Both the position numbers and the translations under genes were made by a program. From Candidatus Eiseniibacteriota bacterium (GTDB lineage: Bacteria; Eisenbacteria; RBG-16-71-46): a DNA stretch of 64,000 bases. The stretch lies in assembly GCA_963776245.1 (NCBI GenBank), contig CAVZLN010000008.1, positions 96,001 through 160,000 on the forward strand. Reading direction: 5' to 3'. Shown one piece after another: positions 35,443-47,829 of this stretch (position 1 is the stretch's first letter; each line of letters starts with the position of its first letter). The notes below the pieces were generated by a model. It did no database searches. It worked only from the letters and a program-made list of their open reading frames with translations, and was not told the DNA's origin.

Positions 35443-36081
35443 ATGAACACGCTCACCGTCGCCCTCGCCGCGGCTTTGGTGTCGTTCGTCCTCGTCCCGC
35501 TGCTGCTGCGCGCGCTGCTCGGAGCATGGCTCGGTCGCGCCGTCGGTGCGCACGCCTTGGCGCGCCAGAGCGACACCATCCAGCTCATCCCCGCCACCCC
35601 GGGCGTATGGAAGGACCCCGGCGCGCAGGCGCGGCTGGCCGCGGCGCTCGAGGCCGCGGGCTTCCGCGACGCGGGCACCTTCACCATCGTCGAGATGCCC
35701 GGCGTGGCGGTCCGCCTGCTCGCCCACCCGGGCGAATCGTGGCTCGCCGCGACCTACGAGCACCCGGCGACCGGCCCCTGGCTGGACTGCACGTGCTACT
35801 ACCAGGACGGCACCGCCGCGACGTTCTCGACCCTGACCGCGACCGGGCTCGACCCGCGCCCGGGCTTCGTGCGCGTGAACGCGCCGGGGCTCGACCCGGC
35901 GGCGCTCCTGGCGCGCGCCCGCGCCGAGCGTCCGTCGCGTGCGCTGCGCCCGGCGAGTGTGGCTAGTGCCGCGCGCGACTTCGAGCGCGCCTACGCCGAG
36001 GAGATCGCGTGGCGCAAGGGCCGCGGCGTCAGCGCGCGCGAGGTCGCGGCGGTCGCGGAGCGGATGAAGCGCTCCGCCTGA
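35443..36081 (+). CDS. Hypothetical protein with N-terminal TM anchor
   Basis: 212-aa ORF after a GGAG RBS; hydrophobic N-terminus; coding-like codon usage. Confidence 0.7.
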   Translation: MNTLTVALAAALVSFVLVPLLLRALLGAWLGRAVGAHALARQSDTIQLIPATPGVWKDPGAQARLAAALEAAGFRDAGTFTIVEMPGVAVRLLAHPGESWLAATYEHPATGPWLDCTCYYQDGTAATFSTLTATGLDPRPGFVRVNAPGLDPAALLARARAERPSRALRPASVASAARDFERAYAEEIAWRKGRGVSAREVAAVAERMKRSA

Positions 36082-36418
36082 CCGCGGCGCGCGGCCGCCA
36101 GCCGTAGCGCTCGAGGTCCACGCGCCCGCGCGCGTCGAAGCCCACGCCCTCGCGCTCGAGCCGCAGCCGCTGGGTGATCCCCGCGCCGCTCGGCGAGCGC
36201 ATCAGCGAGAGCCGTCCGCCCGCGCCCAGCACGCGATGCCAGGGGAGCGCGGATCCCTCCGGCAGCGCGTGGAGCGCGTACCCCGCGAGCCGCGCGTGGC
36301 GCGGCAACCCGGCGAGTGCGGCGACCTGGCCGTAGGTGGCGACGCGGCCGCGCGGGATGCGGCGCACCACCGCGTGGATGAGGGAGTGGGACGACACGCG
36401 ACGGGGCGCGCGCGGCAT
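36029..36418 (-). CDS. Alkyltransferase-like (ATL/YbaZ, MGMT family) protein
   Basis: IPRGRVATYGQVA and PWHRV (Trp replaces the catalytic Cys). Confidence 0.88.
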   Translation of the reverse strand: MPRAPRRVSSHSLIHAVVRRIPRGRVATYGQVAALAGLPRHARLAGYALHALPEGSALPWHRVLGAGGRLSLMRSPSGAGITQRLRLEREGVGFDARGRVDLERYGWRPRAAVRRSASSAPRPPRPRAR

Positions 36419-36422
36419 GCGG

Positions 36423-38327
36423 TCACGACCCCGGGCGCACGGTGAACAGCCAGAACCCGGCCACGTGAGCGGCGGGCACCGCCAGCCGCTCGAGCACCGC
36501 GGGCAGCGGCACGGTGTCGTCCCACACCACGTACCTCACCCGTGACGCGGCGGACACGAGCTGCTCGCCCGATGGCCGCAGCAGGATGATCTCGCGGTGG
36601 CCGAGCGGCAGGGAGAGCTGGCCCATCAGCATGATCTTCTGCAGGTGGAGGGGCCCCACCGCCACCGCGTCGTCAGCCGCGAGCATCCGGTCGAACTCGG
36701 TGTGCCGCATCTCGGCGAACAGGTAACTGGTCGGCCACTTCCAGTTCCGCGCCGCGAGGACCGCCCCGGGTTGCGAACGGAACGACCCCTGGCCCGGATA
36801 GGACTGCCGTCCGATCACCGCCAGGCTCACACCCGCCTCGAGCACCAGCGCGCCCACGCACGCCCACAGCCAGACGCGCGCCAGCCAGCGCGCGCGCCCC
36901 GCCGCGGACGCGCGGTCGAACATCAGCGCGAGACAGGGCGATCCCAGTCCGTAGATCCACGTCGTGTAGCGCGCCCACCAGTTCATCGGGGTGCTCGCGA
37001 AGATCACCGCCACCGCGGCGGACAGCAGCACGATGGGCAGCAGCTCGCGCGGGCGCGGCGCGCTCCCGAAGTACCGCCGCAGCGTGAGTCCGAGCGCCGG
37101 CAGGCAGCCCAGGAGCCACAGGAAGCCCATACCCCCTTCGCGGCTGTCCACCCCGAGGGTGCTCTTGGGCCAATGTCCGAGCCCCTGCGTCCACGTGTAC
37201 GCGACCCGCACGACGTTGGGCCAGGCCCGCATCTTCCGCGGCGTGTTGGCCACCACGTAGATGCTGCTGTCCACGGACACCCCGGGGAACACCACGTGGC
37301 GGCCGACCGTCAGGCCGATCGGGTAGGTCGGGCTGCCGGTGTGCGCGTAATTGCGCGCGTACCAGAAGCCGCCCGTTCCGCACGCCAGCAAGAAGCTGAG
37401 CGCGAGGGCGCCGAGCGCCGCGCGGGAACGGAGGCGCCGCGCGGCCGCGCCGGCCGCGCCCGACTTCGCGAGCGCGACAGTCGCGAGCAGCGCGAAGACG
37501 ATCACGCTCGCCACCAGGCCCGCGCCCTTGGCCGCGATGGACAGACCCACCGCGCCGCCGAGCGTGAGCACCGCCCCCCACGGCAGTCCCCCGCCCGCGA
37601 GGAGCGCCTCGAGGACGAAGAACGCGGCCGCGATCACGGCGACCATGCACGCGGCGTATCCCGCGTCCACGTACGTGGTCACCGCCTGATGCATGTGGGT
37701 CGGGACGAGCACGAACGCGCAGCCCGCGAACAGCGCCATCGGTCCCGAAGCGCGCAGCGCCCGCGCCATGTAGACGATGCCGAGCACGCCGAGCGGCAGG
37801 AAGAGCAGGTTCGCCGCGGTCACGAGATGGCTGTTCCGCAGCGCCCGCACCACCACGAACGCCATCAGCTCGATGCCCTTGGGGTAGCCGTTCATGATGT
37901 GGCTGACGGTCGAGGTCTGCTCCAGCCAGTGGACGTATCCGCGCCGGGCCCAGAAGCTCATGGTCGGGATGTGGTAGCCGTTGCCGTCCCACGACAGATC
38001 CGGCCGGACGTACGCGCACACCCCGAGCACCAGGTAGGTTCCGACCGCGAACAGCGTCGCCGCCATCACCGGCCGGCAGACCACCGGAGTCGTTACTTCT
38101 GCGGGCGGTGCGGCCGCGCTCCCCTTCCAGCACCACGCGTCGCTCGCCCACGCGGTGAACGCGGCAGCGAGGAGGATGCCGAGGGCCACGCCCTGGCCGA
38201 TGCCGACTCGCGCGACACTGAGCGAGAGGGCGAGGATCTGCACCGCGGCCAGGAACACCACGTAGTCCGAGAGCGCCCGGAACCAGGCCCCGGCGGGGAG
38301 TGCCGACAAGCGTCGATGGAGGCCCAT
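36423..38327 (-). CDS. Polytopic membrane protein, putative GT-C-fold glycosyltransferase
   Basis: More than 10 TM; SWDGNGYHIP, YPKGIE, WYARN...GSPTYP, ARY motifs typical of PMT/ArnT-like proteins. Confidence 0.65.
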   Translation of the reverse strand: MGLHRRLSALPAGAWFRALSDYVVFLAAVQILALSLSVARVGIGQGVALGILLAAAFTAWASDAWCWKGSAAAPPAEVTTPVVCRPVMAATLFAVGTYLVLGVCAYVRPDLSWDGNGYHIPTMSFWARRGYVHWLEQTSTVSHIMNGYPKGIELMAFVVVRALRNSHLVTAANLLFLPLGVLGIVYMARALRASGPMALFAGCAFVLVPTHMHQAVTTYVDAGYAACMVAVIAAAFFVLEALLAGGGLPWGAVLTLGGAVGLSIAAKGAGLVASVIVFALLATVALAKSGAAGAAARRLRSRAALGALALSFLLACGTGGFWYARNYAHTGSPTYPIGLTVGRHVVFPGVSVDSSIYVVANTPRKMRAWPNVVRVAYTWTQGLGHWPKSTLGVDSREGGMGFLWLLGCLPALGLTLRRYFGSAPRPRELLPIVLLSAAVAVIFASTPMNWWARYTTWIYGLGSPCLALMFDRASAAGRARWLARVWLWACVGALVLEAGVSLAVIGRQSYPGQGSFRSQPGAVLAARNWKWPTSYLFAEMRHTEFDRMLAADDAVAVGPLHLQKIMLMGQLSLPLGHREIILLRPSGEQLVSAASRVRYVVWDDTVPLPAVLERLAVPAAHVAGFWLFTVRPGS

Positions 38328-38388
38328 GGTCGGTCGTGTCCTCGGCCTGCGGGTGAGCGGCGATCGTCGCGATCGGGACGCGGCGCGG

Positions 38389-39024
38389 CTAGGGCAGCAG
38401 CCGCGCGCGCTTCAGGCGCGGCATCACGGTCGCGGCGAGTTCGCGGCTCGCCTGCTCGGCGTCCCCCGGGGGCACCATCGCGGTGCGCCCGGCCCACACC
38501 ATGCGACTCTCGCCACGTCCCTCCCAGACTTCGACGTCCCAGCGCACCACGCGCTCGCGCTCGGTGGGACCCCCGTGGTCCAGCCGGCGGGCCATGTCCA
38601 CGTACACGCCCCAGAACGGCACGAACGAACCGCCGATCCCGACCGATCCGGCGCCGCCACGGCGCTCGACCTCGTCCTCGGCGCCCTTGCGCACCGCGAG
38701 CAGGCCGTCGAACCCGCCCTCGTGGAGTTTGACGCGGGCCTCGGCGGTGTCCGGGAAGCTCGTCGGGAACAGCCGGTAGCTCGGGGTCGCCGACACGCCG
38801 CGGGCGATCAGCGCCTGCGCGAACGCGTCCTCCCACAGCCGCCGCCGGACCGGATCGGGCATCGCCGCCATCACCAGCCAGACCCGGTAGCCGGACGGCG
38901 CGATCCCCGCGTCGTGCCACTCGGTGGCGAGCCGCGTGGTGGCACAGCCCGCCGCGCCCGACCCCAGCGCCGCGGCCATCAGCAGGGCGAGCGCGCCGCT
39001 CCCGCGGCGCCGCGCATGGGTCAT
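38389..39024 (-). CDS. Putative lipoprotein
   Basis: Basic N-terminus, hydrophobic stretch, lipobox-like GAAGC. Confidence 0.7.
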   Translation of the reverse strand: MTHARRRGSGALALLMAAALGSGAAGCATTRLATEWHDAGIAPSGYRVWLVMAAMPDPVRRRLWEDAFAQALIARGVSATPSYRLFPTSFPDTAEARVKLHEGGFDGLLAVRKGAEDEVERRGGAGSVGIGGSFVPFWGVYVDMARRLDHGGPTERERVVRWDVEVWEGRGESRMVWAGRTAMVPPGDAEQASRELAATVMPRLKRARLLP

Positions 39025-39058
39025 GGGTCCGTCCCTCCCGGACTGCGTTCGGGGACCG

Positions 39059-40459
39059 CTACAGCGGGATGGCATCGAGCTTCTTGCGCAGCGCGGCGAG
39101 GGTGGCCTCACTGCGCTGCCCGGCGGGCAGCGCCCGCGCGTACGCGATCGCGTCCTCGAGCGTGCGCCGCGCCGCCTCGCGATCGCCTTTGCCCACCAGC
39201 AGGTCGGCGCGCAACTGGTAGAAGTTGAGCTTGCGCGGGCCGTACGCCTTCGGCATCGCGCGTTCGGTGGCCGCCAGCCCGTCGTCCCAGCGCTTCAGCG
39301 CGCGGTAGGCGGCGGCGAGCCGTGCCGGCGGGTTGTAGTCGTCCGGCAGGTCGCGCTCGGAGGCCTCGAGCATCGGGATCGCGCGCTCGGGCGTGCCCAG
39401 TTCGAGGTAGGCGCTCAGGCGGTGCGAGTCGAACACCGTGCGCTCCGCCGGCGTGGTCGCGCGCGCGGCCTCGCGGTCGAGGTACGCCGACCACGCCTCG
39501 GTGTTGGCGCGCGCGCCGAGCGAGTCGCCGACCGCCTCGAGCGCGCCGCCGACGATGATGAAGAGCCCCGAGCGGTCGTCCGCCGACATCGCCACCGTGG
39601 TGTCGGCGAGCCACGCGCGCGCGGCGGGCAGCAGCGCGGCGATCAGTTCCGCGCGCCGCGGATGCTCCTCGGGCAGGCTCACCGCGCAGTCCAGCCCGCT
39701 GCCGGACACGCTCGCCGCCGAGGTCGAGTGCCCGAGGCGCGCCAGCGCGTCGCGCGCGGTGGTGGCGCACGCTTCGTACTCCCGCATCCGCGTCGAGGCG
39801 TACAGCATGGCCTCGACCGCGCGCGGATAGGGCGTCCAGTCGTCGGGCGCGCGAGCGAGCGCGGCGCCGTAGGCGCGGGCCGCGCTCGAGTCATCGCCCG
39901 CGCCGTACGCCCGGTCGGCGCGCGCGAGCGCGCTGTCGGCCGGAGTGTGCCCGCGCGGCTCGCCACGGCGTCGCACCGCCAGCCGGCCATCCTCGAGGAA
40001 CCGCCGCAACTGGTGCACGGTCATCGATCCCACCCACTTCACGACCACGCTCTGGTCCGCCGGGTCCATGATGTAGAAGGTCGGCAGCGCCGTGTTCGCG
40101 AGCGGCTTCCTGCGGTACGGCGCGTTGACCGCCTTCTCCAGGTCGAGCTCGAGCCAGACGAACCGTCCGGCTTGCCCCGCGAGCGCCTCATCGGTGAAGA
40201 CGAAGGCCCTCATGGAGCGGCACGAGTGTCACCACGGGGCCCAGGCTTCGACGAACACCGGCAGTTTGCGCTGCTTCGCCAGCGCCATCGCGCGGGTCCA
40301 GTCGTCGTGGATGAACGGCAGCACCATGCGCGGCGCCGGGGCGCCGGGCCGCGCGGGTGAGGCGGAGGCGAACGCGGTGGTCGCCGCGTGCGCGGAAGCG
40401 CCGGCCGCGAGCATCACGGCGAGCGCCAGGGCGGGCACTGCGATGCGGTGGTGAGCCAT
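39059..40459 (-). CDS. Exported thioredoxin-fold plus TPR protein with in-frame UGA (candidate selenoprotein, UxxC)
   Basis: Signal peptide; DWTRAMALAKQRKLPVFVEAWAPW-TGA-HSCRSM, in frame with ORF 39059..40213 (ALPTF cis-Pro loop, helical TPR-like C-half). Confidence 0.85.
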
Positions 40460-40580
40460 GCGCGCGAGGCTAGCAGAGCCGCGCGGCGCGGCCAAAGGCG
40501 ATCGGGAACGAGCAACCGGGCGCGTCCTCGGGTCTTCCGTGCGCGGTACCCCGCGCGGCGCCCCCGAACCTGCCCGCGAC

Positions 40581-40976
40581 TCAGCCCACCGGCTCGCTGC
40601 CGTGGTACTGGTGCCAGCGCCATTCGCCGGCGTGACGCACCAGAACGCCGGTGATGCGGTAACGCCCGCGGGCGACCGTGCCATCGATGTGGGTCATCAC
40701 CATGTCGCCATCCGCGAACAGCCACGCGACCTCCCCGCGCACCTCGACCTCGCGCCGGGTCCACTCCCAGCGGTAGCGCACCCGGCGGTCGTAGAGGCGG
40801 CGGAAGAACGCCTCGAGCGCAGCGGGGCCGATGTGGACCTCGGCGGCCTCCGAGCCGATCAGCGTGACGCCCGCGCCGGGCGCGAACAGCGCGAGCGTGG
40901 CCGCGAGATCGGCGGCCGAGACCGCCGCGGCCCAGCGTTCGAGCGCCTCGAGCACGTGCGCGCGCGGGTCGCTCAC
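40581..40976 (-). CDS. NTF2/SnoaL-like protein
   Basis: 131 aa; RITGVL...WRWHQYHGSEP C-terminus; overlaps the stop of the upstream gene. Confidence 0.8.
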   Translation of the reverse strand: MSDPRAHVLEALERWAAAVSAADLAATLALFAPGAGVTLIGSEAAEVHIGPAALEAFFRRLYDRRVRYRWEWTRREVEVRGEVAWLFADGDMVMTHIDGTVARGRYRITGVLVRHAGEWRWHQYHGSEPVG

Positions 40977-42551
40977 GCGTCCCCCGCCGGCTGATGCTCG
41001 GGGCGCAGCAGGTCCTCGACGGTCTTGACCGGCGTGAACACCTCGATCGGCAGCTCCACGAAGCGCGTCAGCCAGCCCGCCATCGCGCCGTTCCACAGGC
41101 CCGGGCGCTCGAGAGCGATCAGCTCGCGCCCGCCCGCGCTCTTGCGCGCGAGGATCACCGCGTCCGGGTCCACGAAGCGCGCCAGCTCGTGGGCCTCGCC
41201 TCTCCCATCGCGCACCGCGCACACCATGAAGAACCGGATTGAAGTGGGTCGCGCCGCGCACCACCGCCAGTTGCGCGGCCGAGGCCGGATCCACCTCGGC
41301 CCCTTCCACCACCTGCGGGCGCACCACGCCATCGCGCCCGCGCACCCAGAACGGGCCGCCGCCCGGCTCGCCGGTGTTGGGCACCATGCCGCACACGCGC
41401 AGCGGGCGGTCGAGCAGCGCGCGCCATGCCGCGCGGCGATCGGGCGCCGCGTCGAGGCCCGGCGCCAGGCCGAGCGCCTCCCGGGCGAAGCCCTCGGCCG
41501 CGACGCACGCGCCCCCATCGCCCGTGTCCGCCAGCCGCGCGAGCAGATCCCGCACCGCCTCCTCGGTCTCGAGCGCGAGCCCGCACAGAACCGCCCACGC
41601 GTGGAGCGTCGCCGCGCGCTGGCCGTCGGGCTGCACATTGTCGATGTTCTTCACCTGCACCAGATCGCCACCCAGCGCCGCCAGATTGCCGATCAGCGCG
41701 CCATGCCCGGCGGGGCGGAACAGCAGCGCGCCCCGCTCGTCGCGGAACGGCCGGCCGTCGGCATCGAGCGCCAGCGTGTCGGTGGCGGGCGACTGCGCGG
41801 AGAACGTCACCTCGAAGCTCGCGTGATGGCGCGCGCCCACGCGCGGCGCGCACCCGGCGAGCAGCGCGTCGAAGCCCGCGCGGTGCTCCGAGCTCACGGT
41901 GAAGTGGGCGCGACACCGGCCCTCGGCATCGCGAGCGCCGACGGCCGCCTCTTCGAGCTGCTCCTCGAACGCGGTGCGCGGGCCGTCCGCCTCCCGATGG
42001 AAGGCGAGGAGCCCCTTCGGACGCTCGGCGTACCCCAGCCCGGCCGGCCCCAGCAACGCCTCGAGCAGGGGCTCCACCGGCCCCGACGCCGCGAGGCCAT
42101 CGGGGTCGTGGCCCGCGCGCGCCACCACGTGCGCGAGCGCGTCGCGGAACGCGAACCGCGGCAGCCCGCGCAGGAACGCCTGCACCGCGATCGCCTCGGC
42201 GTCGCCGGCCGCCGCCGCGGAGTCGAGCGCCGCGCGCGAGGTCGCGCCCCCGCGCCCGCGCCACGCCAGCAGGTCCCGGAACATGCGCGTGGCCGCGCCC
42301 GAGGCCGGCACGAAGCGCGAGACGCGTCCCGCCCGCGTCGCCCGCGCCGCGCGCTCGAGCAGCGCGGGAAGCCGCCCGTCCTCGATGCGCTCGATCCCGT
42401 CGCCCACCGTGCACGGGCGCACCAGGCTCGCGTACGCCGCGGGCGCCGCCAGCAGGCGCAATTGCCGCTCCGCCTCGGCCGCGGTGATCCCGCGCGCCGC
42501 GAGCGCCGCGCGGTCCGCGTCGGTCAGCAAGGAGGAGGGCTGGGAGGCCAT
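40973..42551 (-). CDS. DUF4301-family protein (frameshift near 41235)
   Basis: FVPASGAATRMF, PKGL, FRPAGHGAL, KNIDNV, GEPGGGPFW, ALERPGLWNGAM, FTPVKTVEDLL. Confidence 0.88.
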
Positions 42552-42721
42552 GAGCGCAGGATAGAGACAGCGCGAGCGCCGCGGCAAGCCGCAGGGACGC
42601 GGGATGCCCGGTGAGCAGCCGCGGGGCGGTCGCGCACAAACCGTTGACGCGTCGGCACGCGCGCGCCTAGAGTCGCCGCGCAATCCCCACGCCGCATCCG
42701 CCGCGATCCGAGGAGGAGTAC

Positions 42722-45002
<2,281 letters not shown>

Positions 45003-45007
45003 CCGCG

Positions 45008-47784
45008 ATGCGGTCGCGGACGCTGGCGATCCTGTTCGCGGGCGCGGTGCTGGTGACCGCGCCCGCGGCACGTGCGGCGGTGACGGTCGAGGGTCTGGCG
45101 CTGCCCGACACCGGCCTGTTCGAGACCGTGGCCCAGCGCTACCGGTGAGCCTCGCGGCGCTCGAGCGCCTGCCCGGGCCCCAGCGCGTGGGCATGCTGCT
45201 CGCCTGCGGACGCGTGGACGAGGCGTGCAGCCTCGCCACCTCCCATCGAACCGAGAGCCGCGAGTGGACGCTCGCGGCGCTCCAGGCGCTGCTCGCCCGG
45301 GATGGCGCGCTCACCCGCGCGGACCTGCGGCCGCTCGAGCGCGCGGACGCGACCGACCTCGAGCGCCGCACGTGGTTCGCCGCGCGGTTCGGCATGGACG
45401 ATGCCGGGCGGGTAGCCGACGCCACGCGCGGCCTCGATCTGGCGCCGGGCACGCTCGCGCGCACGCCCGACCTGCTCGCGGCCGCGCGGCTCGCCTACGA
45501 CATGTTCGACGACGCGCGCGCCGAGTCGTGCGCGACCCGGCTGCTCGAGCGCTATCCGCCCGGCGTGTCCGAGTACCGCGAGGGCATGGTCCCCTCCGGC
45601 ACCGCTCGCGCCGCGGCGCTTGCCCGTCTCGCCCTGGTGCTCCAGCGGCGCCGCGACTGGGACGGGGCGCTGGCGCGCGCGGACGAGGCGCTGCGGACCG
45701 ATCCCAGCCCCGACGCGCTCGAGACCCTCGCCCAGTCGCTGATCCGCCTCGGCCGCACCGACGAGGCCATCAGCGCCGCGCAATGGGAGGCCGCGCTCGA
45801 TCCGTACGCCGCCCAGTCGGACGCGGCGTTCGATCCCTCCCACTCGAGCGCGCATTACCTGCTCGGCAACGGCTACACGCGCCGCAACTACACCCAGCTC
45901 ACCGCCGCCTACCGCCAGGCGTTCGCCGACGCCGCGGGCCGCCAGGCGCTGGCCGCGGCGGACGCGCGCCTCGCCGCCGGCGAGCGCGCCGCCGCGCGCG
46001 CCGCGTACGCGGCGGTGATCGCCGCGCACCCGGGGTGGGCCGACGCCCGGGTGCGCCTGGCGTCGCTCGACTTCGAGGACGCGCGCTTCGCCGAGGCGGT
46101 GGCGGGCTGCCAGGCGGCGCTGAGGCTCTGCCCCGAGTACGGCCGCGCGCACGCCGTCCTGTCGCGCGCGCTCGAGGCGCGGCGCTTCACCATCGACGTG
46201 CACCGCCAGGACTACGAGCGCCGATTCGCCGAGGCGCCGACGCCGGAGGTGCCCGGCATCGAGCGGTTCGTGGTCAACTGGAAGTCGCTCTCGCCCCGCC
46301 ACCAGAAGCGCGTCGCGCTCTCGGTCGCGCCGTGGAAGGCGTTCCTCCCGGTGCTGGTGGAGGGCGGCGCCACCTTCTACATCAAGCCGATGTACATGCT
46401 GCTCTCCGACTGCCCGGGGCAGGAGGCGCTCAAGGATCAGCGCATCGACTACGACTCGCGGCTGTGGGACGACGTGCGCGGGTGCGGCGGCTATCGCACC
46501 GTGACCGGCATCGAGGACGTGGAGCGCACCATCTTCGATCGCTACAACACCGTGCTCCACGAGCTCACGCACCAGGTGCACGGCGTGCTGCCGCCCGACG
46601 ACGGGCGCGTCATCCTCGAGCACTACCGTGCCGCCAAGTCCCGCGACGACGCCACCAAGAACGGTTTCCTCTCGCGTTACGCGGGCGGCAGCGTGCACGA
46701 GTACCTGGCCGAGGGCGCCAACGCGCTCGCCTCGCCGAAGCGGGACGCCTTCGATCCGCGCGAGGTGGTGCGCGAGCGGCTCGACGCCATCGACCCCGCG
46801 CTGCGCACGCTGGTCGAGGGGCTCATGGCGCGCACCGACGTGAGCGCGTCCTACCCGATCGCCTACGTGAACGCCGGAGGCGATCGCATCGAGCGCGGCA
46901 AGGTGGCCGAGGCGCTGCCATTCTACGACCGCGCGCTGGCCCGCTCGCCGCGCGAGGAGAGCGCGCACGCCGCGCGGGTCGAGGCGCTGGTGCTGGGCGG
47001 GCGCGGGCCCGAGGCGCTAGCCGCCGCGGACCGCGCGGTGGAGGCGCAGCCGGCGAGCGGGGTGGTGCGCGTCGTCGCGGCGCTCGCCGCCTGGCACGGC
47101 GGGCGCGGGCTGGAGGCCGCGATCGCGTCGCTGCGGGCGTCACGCTCCGCGGTCCGCGCTGCCGATCTGCCGGCCTTCGACCGCACGCTCGGACGGCTGG
47201 CGTGGACCCAGGGCGACGCGGACCTGGCGCTGGCGGCGTTCGACTCGGCGCTGGTCCGCCAGTCCGACGATCCCGACGCGCTGCGCGGCAAGGCCGCGGC
47301 GCTCGCGCTCGCCCGGCGCTGGGACGAGGCGTTCGCGGTCTACGACCAGGCGGTGCGCCTGCGCACCGGGATCGTCGGGCTGCGCTGCGACCAGGCGCGC
47401 GATCTGTTGCGCGCCGGCCGCGTCGACGCGGCGCTCGCCCAGCTCGATGCCGCCCTCCTGCTGGATGCCGAAGACCCCGAGGCCGAGGCGCTGCGCGGCT
47501 GGGCCGCGCTCGAGTCGGGTGCGCCGGACTCGGCGAAGGCGCACGCCGAACGCGCGCTCGGGTACGGCCCGTGGAGCGACCTCGCGCGCATGGTGCTGGG
47601 CGCGGCGGAGGCGCGGCTCGGTCACGCCAGCGCAGCGGCGCGAGCGTGGGCGCCGGTCCGGGAGCGCATCGCGAAGGCGGTGCCGCCGGGCTACGTGTAC
47701 CGCGACCGGCTCTCGACCTGGGAAGAGGTGCACACCCTGCCCGCGGTCGAGCGCGCGCAGTTCGAGGCGTGGACCCAGCCGTGA
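45008..47784 (+). CDS. Exported TPR protein with central HExxH zinc-peptidase domain (frameshift near 45145)
   Basis: Signal peptide at 45008; TPR arrays flank VLHELTHQVH...SRYAGGSVHEYLAEG. Confidence 0.8.
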
Positions 47785-47829
47785 CGCGGTACTCCGCGCG
47801 CGCGCACGACCGGCGGGGGAGCGCGCGGT

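Noticed and set aside
45140..45150. TGA at 45146-45148 after the signal peptide as a second selenocysteine
   Set aside because: The downstream coding region is in a different frame and there is no redox motif, so this is a frameshift rather than readthrough.
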